From the IMG/VR virus record IMGVR_UViG_3300028596_000001: a stretch of DNA of 64,000 nt; one strand, written 5' to 3'. The position numbers were made by a program, and so were the translations under genes. Shown piece by piece: positions 38,240-47,382 of this stretch (positions are counted from its first letter, which is position 1; each line of letters begins with the position of its first letter). The notes below the pieces were generated by a model. It made no database searches. It was not told the origin of the DNA and was given only the letters and a program-made list of their open reading frames with translations. This stretch comes from a virus (taxonomy: Duplodnaviria; Caudoviricetes).

Positions 38240-38698
38240 ATGAGTACATTCACTAAGTTCTCCGGTGAAGAAGCATTGGTGTATAACCACGAACTCAGCG
38301 AACAGGCTGGTAAAGATTTGTGGAACACCATCCCAGGGTTTCGTTACTACCTGGGTAAAGAGAATTCGAACGAATACGTAGACGTCGAAACTGGCTTTGT
38401 CACGGACGGCGCTACTATTCCTCGGATCCTCTGGTGGTTGCTGCCTCCCATCGGCGAATATTCGCAGTGCACCACGCTGCATGATAAGTTGTGCACGACG
38501 TACTACTATATCCGCTTTGTTGATGGCGTGGAAGTCAAGGTTGCGCTCACCCGCAAACAGATCGATGAGATCTTGAAAGAATCCATGGATGTGAAGAAAG
38601 TGACGTGGTGGAAGAAGAAGGCTATCATGGCCGGCGTAAACTTGCACCGCATCTTGAGAAACCCCACCGCTCCTAAACCGGTTTACGAACTGGCTTAA
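38240..38698 (+). CDS. DUF1353-family protein
   Basis: GFVTDGATIPRILWWLLPP.GEY....LHD.L signature. Confidence 0.8.
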   Translation: MSTFTKFSGEEALVYNHELSEQAGKDLWNTIPGFRYYLGKENSNEYVDVETGFVTDGATIPRILWWLLPPIGEYSQCTTLHDKLCTTYYYIRFVDGVEVKVALTRKQIDEILKESMDVKKVTWWKKKAIMAGVNLHRILRNPTAPKPVYELA

Positions 38699-38716
38699 GA
38701 CAAAAAAAGAAAAGAC

Positions 38717-38757
38717 TATTAGTACCCCTAGCCCTTAACGGGCTAGGGGTACTAATA
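38717..38757. terminator. Bidirectional hairpin, 18-bp stem
   Basis: tattagtacccctagccc-ttaac-gggctaggggtactaata. Confidence 0.85.
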
Positions 38758-38762
38758 CCTAA

Positions 38763-39257
38763 TCAGCGCAGATCATCCCAATGTTCATCTGGGATATCAT
38801 CTCCCTCTTCTTCGTCGAGAGCGTCATCCTCGACTTCGTCATCTTCATCTTCTGGTTCATCTTCTTCGTCCTGACGTTGCTCGTAGATCACCGCATCGTC
38901 ATAACGTTCAACACGAGCTATGTGTACATCACGTTCTTGGCAGCACTTACAAACAATCAATGGCTCATCGCCAGAAGAAGCACAGAAGTCATACCACCGC
39001 CAGTCGATTGTGTCTTTAACCTTAACGGTCTGCAGACAATCGACGCAAGTGGTATCTTGCTCACCAGCTGCTGTTTCACAGCTAACGCGACACTCCTCGC
39101 AAACAATGTGCGCGAATACGAGACCACTGTCGTCTCGCTCGTAGAAGTAACCGACAGCTTTACTCAAATCTTCTTTAGTGCAATGCTCGCAGTAATCGGC
39201 ATCGTCCACGATAGTGTTGAACGATTTAGTGTGACGGAACCCGGTAGTATTAGCCAT
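38763..39257 (-). CDS. Cys-rich (Zn-binding) protein with highly acidic tail
   Basis: CEHC, CEEC, CVDC, CKCC; C-terminal D/E tract. Confidence 0.7.
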   Translation of the reverse strand: MANTTGFRHTKSFNTIVDDADYCEHCTKEDLSKAVGYFYERDDSGLVFAHIVCEECRVSCETAAGEQDTTCVDCLQTVKVKDTIDWRWYDFCASSGDEPLIVCKCCQERDVHIARVERYDDAVIYEQRQDEEDEPEDEDDEVEDDALDEEEGDDIPDEHWDDLR

Positions 39258-39269
39258 GTTCAGTAATCC

Positions 39270-39791
39270 TTAAGCAGCTTGAAAGTTATTAGCGATGTTC
39301 TCCAAATGGAGAGCAGTAGCTTCTTCAATAGAGATACCTTTAATAAAGGCAATCTGTGCAGCATACGCTTCTACTTCCCAAGGAGTAGCAGCATAAGAAG
39401 TCAGGTCAGCAGACAGGTTAACTTCTTCACCTTCCCAGAACAACTGAGTAGCGGTACCAGTCAAACGACCTTCCTCATGTTGGATGAGGTGAGTACGTTC
39501 GTGTACCAGAAAGCTTTGCAGAGCACGCTGACGACGACCAGCATCAGCTTGTTCCAGCATGTTCAAAGTGCTAACGATTTTGGTAGGGTTAATGATCAGA
39601 GCGACCACTGGACCTTTGCCATCTTCGAAGTCGTAACCAGTAACACAAGCCTCATAACCAGCAGCATCGAATACAGGCACCATACCTTCTTCGACTACTA
39701 GTACGTGAACATCATGAGGAATCAACATATCATAACCTTCTTTACCGAAGATAGTGATGAAGTCCTCAATCGAAATATTGCGCAGTTCCAT
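39270..39791 (-). CDS. Putative zincin-like metallopeptidase
   Basis: LVHERTHLIQ (HExxH) and Y..TPWEVEAY downstream. Confidence 0.7.
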   Translation of the reverse strand: MELRNISIEDFITIFGKEGYDMLIPHDVHVLVVEEGMVPVFDAAGYEACVTGYDFEDGKGPVVALIINPTKIVSTLNMLEQADAGRRQRALQSFLVHERTHLIQHEEGRLTGTATQLFWEGEEVNLSADLTSYAATPWEVEAYAAQIAFIKGISIEEATALHLENIANNFQAA

Positions 39792-39850
39792 GACCAATTC
39801 CTTTTTAAAGTAGTTAGTAATCCAAATGAATTACTGTTACATTCATCCTG

Positions 39851-39865
39851 GTTATATAGGTCTGA
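39851..39865 (-). promoter_or_regulatory. Early promoter motif variant (TCAGACCTATATAAC)
   Basis: One mismatch to TATATTAC, conserved flank. Confidence 0.6.
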
Positions 39866-39895
39866 AACACCCCAGAAATTAAAAGAAGTATAATA

Positions 39896-39929
39896 ACCTC
39901 CTACTACCCCGTCAAGGGTAGTAGGAGGT
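39896..39929. terminator. Hairpin, 14-bp stem, loop CGTCAA
   Basis: acctcctactaccc-cgtcaa-gggtagtaggaggt. Confidence 0.8.
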
Positions 39930-39935
39930 GTATCT

Positions 39936-40313
39936 TCAGAAGTTGCGAACAGCCGATTTATCAGTGTCGTCCAAATCGGCATTGTTTTGCCAAACAGTAC
40001 GGGTGATGACCCCCATCAATTGATAGAAGTCAGTCATGACCTTGTAGTTCTTTAGGACTTCTTTCTCCAGTACATCATGAGAACGAATAGGCACAATCTC
40101 CAACTTGGTCTTGGCCTTATTGTCTTCCTTATATACTTTCGCCTGCACACTGTAACACAGAATGCCGTGATGCTTGTAATGGAGAACCACCGAGTTGTTT
40201 GGTTTATCCCACTCCAGGTACACTTCTGCCTTACAGTATTCGTAACGAAGGTACAAAGGACACAAACGCAAAATGCTCAGCGTCAATGCCATGATTTCCT
40301 GTTCTTTAGTCAT
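39936..40313 (-). CDS. Hypothetical protein
   Basis: 125 aa in leftward operon. Confidence 0.6.
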   Translation of the reverse strand: MTKEQEIMALTLSILRLCPLYLRYEYCKAEVYLEWDKPNNSVVLHYKHHGILCYSVQAKVYKEDNKAKTKLEIVPIRSHDVLEKEVLKNYKVMTDFYQLMGVITRTVWQNNADLDDTDKSAVRNF

Positions 40314-40328
40314 AACCTTTACCCAGCA

Positions 40329-41315
40329 CTAATTAGTTGGTTGTTCCAGCCCGATCTTGTTAGCGTATTCGCCCAGGACCGCTTCAGTGGCCAGCATACG
40401 CGCTTCGCCCTGCTTGTTGGAGTTACCACCCGGAACCCACGGTACCCAGCCTTCTACGTCCTTCCAGGAGTCGTAGATAGTCTCGGCCCGCTTCTCGATC
40501 TCGGCTTTACAGCGAGCCGCTTCCATCTCCATGAGGTATTGCTTGTCCTCGGAGTACGTACCTTCAGGGATGAGGTTCAGAGGCTCAGTAGCCTGACCAG
40601 CAACCCAGGCCCGAACAGTGTAGACCCGACTGGTGTTGTAGTACTTGGACTTGGCGATAGTCAGCACGTTCTTCGCACCGACATCGAACTCGTCATCCCA
40701 GAATGGAATGTACACGCCTTGCTTCAGCAAGTCGCGCGCCAGTGCCACATACGCATGCCAGCGTTTGGTATACTGCTCGGTCAGGAAGTAACCCAGAGCA
40801 ATACCGACCTTGGACGGATCGACCCGGAACTTCTTCTCTTCCAGAATGCGAGGAAGATCAGTGAACTTGTTCATGGCAGTGAGGCCCAGCAAAGCCACCA
40901 GCAAAGGTACCTGACGTTCCAGGCGCGCTTCAGCCACGGCCTCTTCGTACGGATCACGCTTGTCACCAGCTGGGAGCACGTTAGTACCCTGTTGTTCAGC
41001 CACCGTGTTAGGGTAACGGCCTTCCAGCACAGCCACACGACGCGACAGCCAGCGGATACGATCCTTGGCGATCTCGCCCAGCAGGCTCTTGTGGATGTAG
41101 GCACCGTCGGTGCGATGCGACTGCATCATGCGCCGAGTATCTTCTTCGTCGCTGATAGTCGACATCATTGACAGACTGTAGGCGAGTTCATCATCACTGA
41201 GGAGATGTGCACCAGCCAGATCTTCACGCTGGATTTCAACATAACGCGGGTGTGGATCTTTCTCGCCGGTGGCCAGCCACTTCAGGTCAACAACTACGCG
41301 ATCTTCTTTAGACAT
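40329..41315 (-). CDS. Mosaic hypothetical protein
   Basis: About 328 aa; N-terminal SDDELA module and C-terminal IY.SW...GWVPW..GGNS.KQ module; start uncertain (41315 or 41330). Confidence 0.65.
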   Translation of the reverse strand: MSKEDRVVVDLKWLATGEKDPHPRYVEIQREDLAGAHLLSDDELAYSLSMMSTISDEEDTRRMMQSHRTDGAYIHKSLLGEIAKDRIRWLSRRVAVLEGRYPNTVAEQQGTNVLPAGDKRDPYEEAVAEARLERQVPLLVALLGLTAMNKFTDLPRILEEKKFRVDPSKVGIALGYFLTEQYTKRWHAYVALARDLLKQGVYIPFWDDEFDVGAKNVLTIAKSKYYNTSRVYTVRAWVAGQATEPLNLIPEGTYSEDKQYLMEMEAARCKAEIEKRAETIYDSWKDVEGWVPWVPGGNSNKQGEARMLATEAVLGEYANKIGLEQPTN

Positions 41316-41348
41316 TTTCTTAATTCCCAAATACGAGTTAGTGGGTCA

Positions 41349-41376
41349 CACCTCCCCACCCTTAGGTAGAGAGGTG
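41349..41376 (-). terminator. Hairpin
   Basis: Minus strand cacctctctacc-taag-ggtggggaggtg (two G-U pairs). Confidence 0.6.
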
Positions 41377-41396
41377 TTCGCCGGAAAGGGTGTTAC

Positions 41397-42341
41397 TTAG
41401 GCAGTAGCTTTAGCCTTGGTCTTGCCTTTAGCCGCAGGTGCAGCAGCTTTGACCGGAACCTTGGCGGCACGTTCAGCTTCGCGACGAGCGTCGCCAGCTT
41501 TTTCGGCCTCGGTACGTTCGTGAACCTTCAGGTGCTCGCTCAACGGCTTCAGATTGAGGTTCGAGGTATCAGGTCGCTTCTGAGGCCGTTGCTGCTTCTT
41601 TTGCTTGTTACCAGGCTTGACCAGCAGGCTGCCGATGTTGACCACACCGCTACGGTCGTTGCGCTTGCGCTCGTCAGCAGTCCACAGACCCATGCCCTTG
41701 TTGATCGCTTCACGCGGGAACACATCCAGGTCCAGGTTGTAGCAGTAACCGCCAGCGGCCAGAGTGTTCAACTGTGGCTGCTCTGGGTAGAAGTACACAC
41801 GCGAAGGAACGTACTGCTGTTCCTTGTTACGCAGGCCGACTTCGATGATGGTCGGTTCTGGGTAGACCAGGCTCAACGCCTCCTGCCAGAAGTTGGCGAT
41901 CATGGTGTTGTTGTTGTCGTACGCTCGCGGCCCACGCAGTAGGCTGTCGTTGTACATGGTGCGGATCGCACCCTTAACGTCCTGGGCGGTACCTTCGATC
42001 AGGAACGACCAGACCTTCTTGCCGACGATCGCAGTGAAGAAGATGAACTGCTGGCAAGCGGTGAACATCAGACGGAACTCACCGTCTACCGAGGCGATGA
42101 CACCGAACGCAGTGATAGCGCCCTTGATACGTACTTCATGCCAGTTGCCGTAACCAGCAGTTTCTTTGTCCGACGGACGATTCTTGTGGATGTCCAGGGT
42201 CAGGATACGCTCGCAGGTCTCGCGCTGGAAGTCACGAGGGAAACCTTGTTCTTCGAGGCGCTTCTCGTTGGCGCCGGTATCGACGATGACGACCAGAGAC
42301 TTCTTGGAAACGGCTTTTACTTCTTTAGTAGGCTGCGACAT
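41397..42341 (-). CDS. Hypothetical protein with basic low-complexity C-terminus; strongly biased codon usage
   Basis: 314 aa, AAGGAAG RBS. Confidence 0.7.
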   Translation of the reverse strand: MSQPTKEVKAVSKKSLVVIVDTGANEKRLEEQGFPRDFQRETCERILTLDIHKNRPSDKETAGYGNWHEVRIKGAITAFGVIASVDGEFRLMFTACQQFIFFTAIVGKKVWSFLIEGTAQDVKGAIRTMYNDSLLRGPRAYDNNNTMIANFWQEALSLVYPEPTIIEVGLRNKEQQYVPSRVYFYPEQPQLNTLAAGGYCYNLDLDVFPREAINKGMGLWTADERKRNDRSGVVNIGSLLVKPGNKQKKQQRPQKRPDTSNLNLKPLSEHLKVHERTEAEKAGDARREAERAAKVPVKAAAPAAKGKTKAKATA

Positions 42342-42457
42342 GATTACAACTTCCTTTTAACAAACCGATTGAACAGTGAATTACGATTGAAATAGATTGT
42401 GGAGGGGACGACTTCTTTCTCCTCCACGTAGTTATTGAAACGCCGTAACTTTTAAAG

Positions 42458-42985
42458 TTAGTAACGGCCACAGTAGTAGCTACGCGCCAACGATTCGTAT
42501 TCCCGCGATGCCTGCTCGGACATGACACGTTCTTCGATGAGACGTCCGCCCTGGTCACAGATGTACACAGAGATCAGGCCGTTCTTTTCGTTCTTCACGT
42601 TGAACGTAACGATCGCGCCGGCGTTTACCACACTGGAATCGACCAACGAGTATTCGTCAGCCTTACCAGTAGGGACCAGGTATTTCCACATGGACAGGTC
42701 GACGTTGGTTTGGGCCAAACGAGCGGCTGCAACACGAACAATGTCCGATCCCTGACCATTGCTAAGACCGTAGGCCGCCAGCTTGGCGAGTTCGATAGCC
42801 AGCGTCTTGTTATCGACTTCACGCAGTTCCGAACGGGATTCGATACTCTGGCCGATAGCGATGAGCTTTTCTACGTCGACGCTACCGAGTTCACGTTCAC
42901 GTTCAGTGACTCGACGTGAACCAGCGGCTGGTCTGGCGACGTGTTCTTCACGACGAGTTTCGGATGGATCACCTTTTACTGGCAT
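42458..42985 (-). CDS. Hypothetical protein
   Basis: 175 aa, AAGGAAG RBS. Confidence 0.65.
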   Translation of the reverse strand: MPVKGDPSETRREEHVARPAAGSRRVTERERELGSVDVEKLIAIGQSIESRSELREVDNKTLAIELAKLAAYGLSNGQGSDIVRVAAARLAQTNVDLSMWKYLVPTGKADEYSLVDSSVVNAGAIVTFNVKNEKNGLISVYICDQGGRLIEERVMSEQASREYESLARSYYCGRY

Positions 42986-42997
42986 AGTCTTACTTCC

Positions 42998-43546
42998 TTA
43001 TTTAAATTTGTCGATCCAGGACCACTTAATAGTAGCTGGTCCTACACTTTCCAGAGGGTTCTTTGGATCGCCGAATGGATGAATGAACATGGTGGGGGAA
43101 GCGTTAGTATTAAAGATCCTCACACGCCCTACGAACTGCATATGAACAGGATCCAGGATGCAGGTCTCCTCGGTCACACACGCATCCCAGATCATGCGCT
43201 GCGCCGTCAGCTCGGCAGGAAGGATGATGTCCTCCTTACCGGTGAAACGCGGGCGAAATACCGAGTACTCCATATAGGGGTAGTTCTTCTTCTCGAACAA
43301 ATGAGCCACATTAGGGAACACTCCCCTGAAACACTGCTCGATAGTAGGAGAACAAGAGATACGTGGGAGATTAGGCTCAGGGTAAGGGAAACTGATATCC
43401 CCTATTATTTCCTGAGCTTCATCAAAACCATCTGGGTTGTTAGGATGCCACATCCCTTGGAACGTAGAGTTCTTGAAAGAGATGTGGAACATTTCCTTAA
43501 ATCCAGGTTTGGACTTCACCGTCCGGTACTTGAGTTTATCGCCCAT
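42998..43546 (-). CDS. Putative ADP-ribosyltransferase-fold protein
   Basis: FHIS (strand 1), PRISCSPTIEQC (S-x-S), WDACVTEETCIL (late Glu). Confidence 0.5.
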   Translation of the reverse strand: MGDKLKYRTVKSKPGFKEMFHISFKNSTFQGMWHPNNPDGFDEAQEIIGDISFPYPEPNLPRISCSPTIEQCFRGVFPNVAHLFEKKNYPYMEYSVFRPRFTGKEDIILPAELTAQRMIWDACVTEETCILDPVHMQFVGRVRIFNTNASPTMFIHPFGDPKNPLESVGPATIKWSWIDKFK

Positions 43547-44102
43547 GGTCAATGTGTCCTATGGTCCCCACGTTGACGTATGCGGACCGGTCTTTAGAGG
43601 TTGGTCGATAGTTACTACGTGGCATCTTTGCACGCCACATGGCTTCCTCTACCCACCCCTCACGATGAAGATTACGAGGGACCGGGTCCTTTGTATGGTT
43701 ATCCCGATCCCCATTAAAGAGATAATCACTGTACGTCCTACCAATGATCTCCTTGATGTTGCGAGCAGCGATCTTCCAGTGGTTGATCTGGTATTTCAAC
43801 AGACAGCCTACCCGCCAACCAGCTACCTTTATATCAATTCCATCCACTGTCACATATGGGGCGAATTTAGGCATCTGGATGGCGCGTACAAACGGATTGG
43901 TGACGTTAGTGACAGGAACGTGCATGTACTGGACCCAATCGTCCACTTCGGCACCACAGGGTACGTGGCGATACGCCGCCGGAGGTTCCCAGCGCAATGT
44001 CACCTTCGCAGGGCGGTACTCCCGGGTGATTGGATCCTGGCGCATGAAACTTATTTCTTTTTCAATAGCCACGCTTCGTTTCCTTTTCTGGGTATCTGGC
44101 AT
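43536..44102 (-). CDS. Hypothetical protein ending in EF-Tu N-terminal/P-loop peptide
   Basis: C-terminus [18 protein letters not shown], read codon by codon at 43539-43592. Confidence 0.7.
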   Translation of the reverse strand: [188 protein letters not shown]

Positions 44103-45330
44103 CGTTCAACCGCTGACGCGTCTTAACGATGTGGTTACGCACCCTAGACATGCAACTGGTGTGGGTTAGTCTAACCAGGAGGTTGCCGTTGCGATCACGG
44201 CCAGGCATACGCCCGTACAACTGGATGTGGACCAAAGACTCTACCGCACGTTCAGCCCAAGGCTCCAAAGGAAGAAAAACCTTAAGGGGTTCCATGGCGT
44301 GTTGGTACATGTATTCGACGTCACGATCTATAATCGCTCCGCTGGAACTACTCTGAGCGCGCATAGCGGCTCGAAGTGTTATCGAGTCACAGATCCAACT
44401 GTCTACGTCACCACGCACCATCCTGGCCGGGAAAGTATGTATCTTCTTTCCACCAACATAGAGAGTATTGTACTCGAGTTTGATATATGTTGGATTGGCA
44501 TTAGCGCTGAACTCTTCCACGGCTTTGGCGAAGAAAGAGCTGAACACTGGTACAGAAAGAGAGCCGGTGTAAGGCCAGTCTTCGTAAGTATCGGAAAAAC
44601 GTAGCCCGCTGAACAGATTGCGCTCACGTTCGATCCCGTCCCTGTAGTGGTTAATGAAACCACTGTCCTCCAGGCAAAGGAACAGAGCGTTCTTACGTAG
44701 CCCGCCGAGGAACGAATTACGCCAGATGCCTGGGTGACGATAACGGCTTGGGTACAGGTAAGGGCTTTGGGGCAATGCTAGTTCACCACGACGGAAACCG
44801 CCACCTTTTGCCTGGCCATGCCTCACGGTTTGCCACATGTGGTGGCCCATGATCATTTCCTCCGAGGTGAGTGGTGTTCTGGCGGCTGTAAGGCAGTCCT
44901 TGGTCATGGAACTATGACCAGAATAGCGACTGAAGCTACCCAGCGGTAAACCATTACGAAGGTGCTTGTTCAGAGCATCAAGTCCGGTTGGCATTTCGGT
45001 TCCACAATTACCAAAAGGAGCGCTCACAACCACCGGAGCGCGCGTCAATAATGTACGTCCTCCGAAATAATCCCGGCATCTCTGGAGCATCTCCTTCCCT
45101 GCTGATGTTACCGGCGGATGACTGATTGTGCAGGTGAGGGGACCTTTTAATCCATCGGTTAACAACACCGCCCTGGCAGCAACATTTTTGGCATGGTCTT
45201 CGGCAGTAAGGTACTCGATCGACGGGTTCTTGGCGTTTTCCAGATGCTGGATTGCTTCTTCTACCGACATAGCTGGCAGATCCAGGAGAGTACGATCAAT
45301 CAAGCCTGGTGTAGGGGTTTTCTTGTCCAT
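44062..45330 (-). CDS. Hypothetical protein with degenerate RecA/DnaB-type motif relics
   Basis: Start moved to MDKKTP (GGAG RBS); PTGLDALNKHLRNGLPLGSF..SG.SSMTK and GGGFRRGEL. Confidence 0.65.
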   Translation of the reverse strand: MDKKTPTPGLIDRTLLDLPAMSVEEAIQHLENAKNPSIEYLTAEDHAKNVAARAVLLTDGLKGPLTCTISHPPVTSAGKEMLQRCRDYFGGRTLLTRAPVVVSAPFGNCGTEMPTGLDALNKHLRNGLPLGSFSRYSGHSSMTKDCLTAARTPLTSEEMIMGHHMWQTVRHGQAKGGGFRRGELALPQSPYLYPSRYRHPGIWRNSFLGGLRKNALFLCLEDSGFINHYRDGIERERNLFSGLRFSDTYEDWPYTGSLSVPVFSSFFAKAVEEFSANANPTYIKLEYNTLYVGGKKIHTFPARMVRGDVDSWICDSITLRAAMRAQSSSSGAIIDRDVEYMYQHAMEPLKVFLPLEPWAERAVESLVHIQLYGRMPGRDRNGNLLVRLTHTSCMSRVRNHIVKTRQRLNDARYPEKETKRGY

Positions 45331-45406
45331 CTTGAATTGCTCCGAACGATTATGGAGGTGTGTAATAGACCGACCTACGTCGTATGGAATTACTACATCG
45401 TCATCT

Positions 45407-45985
45407 TTAGGCACAGAGCATTTCCTCCAGCGGGTGTTTGCCGAAGTCACAGGTACGTGTACACTCACCAACAGTAACAGTAACTTGCTTGTTCATGAAA
45501 GGTAGCTTTGCCACACGGATGTGTGCCAGTGTATCCTTCCATTTGCCGCTCAGGTCGTACTCGAACTCTCTGTCCCCGAGGGTTTTCAGGAATTCCAGCA
45601 CGAAGTGTTTCAGGATGTCGTACATTTGCATTGTAGAAGGACGTCCGTCCAACATGAATGCTTTGAAGAGGTTCATCCACGCCTCATCAAGATCGTGGCT
45701 CCCCGCCGCTACAGTGTAGGAGTAACGACGACTACGGGTAAACCAGTAATACTTGGTAGCACTGCCGCTGCTGAACACAACCATTTTGGTGTGCTGGGCA
45801 TGAGTAACACCGAACAGGGTGATGTTGCTACCCAGATTCGGTTTGACGACATGAACACGACCCGAAGCCATCGCACTCGCACGATGCTGGGTGGTAGGGA
45901 TCAGTTGATCACGGTCAAGTACAACAACACCTTCCGACATATCGAAAGGGAATTCGTGTTTCAGTTCAAAAGCCTTAACCAACAT
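45407..45985 (-). CDS. Hypothetical protein (paralog of 46038..46499)
   Basis: 192 aa; shared LIP.T...S.L..NI.....T.Y.W core. Confidence 0.65.
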   Translation of the reverse strand: MLVKAFELKHEFPFDMSEGVVVLDRDQLIPTTQHRASAMASGRVHVVKPNLGSNITLFGVTHAQHTKMVVFSSGSATKYYWFTRSRRYSYTVAAGSHDLDEAWMNLFKAFMLDGRPSTMQMYDILKHFVLEFLKTLGDREFEYDLSGKWKDTLAHIRVAKLPFMNKQVTVTVGECTRTCDFGKHPLEEMLCA

Positions 45986-46037
45986 GGATCTTCTCCTAAA
46001 AGAACATCGGGGATCTAAGTCCCAATTAAAAGTGTAA

Positions 46038-46499
46038 TTAACGTGAGTAGTTATGCAGAACTTGGCGACTAGCCATGTTGCGTAACTTGAGAGCCAACCA
46101 CTGTGTAGATGTTTGGTTCTTGTAAGCGAGCGACTGGCTCAAACGAATGAAGTTAGCCGCGGCTGCCAATAAAGAGTTACAACCTACCGGGTAAGTTGCT
46201 TGCATTTTAGGCAGAATGTCTCGAGCACTACCCAACCAGAAGTAGGTTGTTTGCACCCCATCACTTGCTACAATGATGATGCCGCCGTCCCCACGTAGCG
46301 CAAGATAAAACCCAATGTCATTCTTGAGCGACGTGGAAATACAAATGTGTCGTTTCAGAATGGTGTGCGGTATCAATTCCGCTGATTGCCCGGTAGCCCA
46401 ACTAACTGGTTCACCAGTCATGCGGTCAACGAAGAAACGTTTCTTCACGAGCCCGAGCATCTTGGCTTTATGGACGTCGAGTTCCTTTAAGTCAGACAT
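46038..46499 (-). CDS. Hypothetical protein (paralog of 45407..45985)
   Basis: About 153 aa, AAGGA RBS. Confidence 0.65.
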   Translation of the reverse strand: MSDLKELDVHKAKMLGLVKKRFFVDRMTGEPVSWATGQSAELIPHTILKRHICISTSLKNDIGFYLALRGDGGIIIVASDGVQTTYFWLGSARDILPKMQATYPVGCNSLLAAAANFIRLSQSLAYKNQTSTQWLALKLRNMASRQVLHNYSR

Positions 46500-46551
46500 G
46501 GTCATTCCTTAAGAAGATAGCCCCAGTTGTATTAACCTGGGGCGAGTGTTA

Positions 46552-47352
46552 TTAACCCAGGTAATCAGGTTTGTTGCCGGCGAAGTTGATGACGTTGAGA
46601 GGGTTACACTTCAGGTGTTCACCTTCTTTCGGGGCATCCGGAACAACAATGAAGTCGAGCAGTTTGTTGGTGTCCTGGACGCTGAAACTGGTGAAGTCCA
46701 GTTCGCACTCAAACGCACTGTCAGTAGTCATGGTGATCAGACCACCTTCATTGATCACCAGGCCAATGTTTTGACCGCAGGCTTCCACACCAACATGTAC
46801 CGCGCCGTTAACCGCACCCAACGAGAAACTACCTGGAACGCTGAAACTGAAAATCACTTCCAGCCAGTTACCGTCACGGCGGTTCCAAACACACCATTTG
46901 TCGTCGCGTTTCTCGAAACGCACCGGCCGTGCAAATTGCCGATGGAAAGTAATTTGGAAAACGGCATGTTGGGTATAGACCTGGTGCATCATGACATCAT
47001 TGCCATAAGGCCCTTTAACAACTTCAACTTCGGCCTCTTCCCCATAGCTCCGCGCGAGGAGTTTGACGAGGTTGGCAAAAGTATCTACCGCAACATCAGA
47101 GCCGTCTGGATTTAATGTAAACAGCCCGTCTTTGTTGAGGTGCATTGAGGCTGGTAGAGCGGACACCCCGCCCATGTAGCCGAACATCGGTTGCATCCCC
47201 CCAACAACATTGGAGATACGGTGTCCCATGGAAATAACACCCACTGGCGTGGTGAGTGGATTTTTCGAATAACCTGGGCTGTAGATCTCTTCGAGCGAAG
47301 GTTGTGAAAATTGAGCGCCTTCAACCAGAACATTCAGCATAATCTTTTTCAT
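46552..47352 (-). CDS. Hypothetical beta-rich protein
   Basis: 266 aa, AAGGA RBS. Confidence 0.65.
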   Translation of the reverse strand: MKKIMLNVLVEGAQFSQPSLEEIYSPGYSKNPLTTPVGVISMGHRISNVVGGMQPMFGYMGGVSALPASMHLNKDGLFTLNPDGSDVAVDTFANLVKLLARSYGEEAEVEVVKGPYGNDVMMHQVYTQHAVFQITFHRQFARPVRFEKRDDKWCVWNRRDGNWLEVIFSFSVPGSFSLGAVNGAVHVGVEACGQNIGLVINEGGLITMTTDSAFECELDFTSFSVQDTNKLLDFIVVPDAPKEGEHLKCNPLNVINFAGNKPDYLG

Positions 47353-47382
47353 AACAATTTATCCTTGGTAATTAATAGAACG

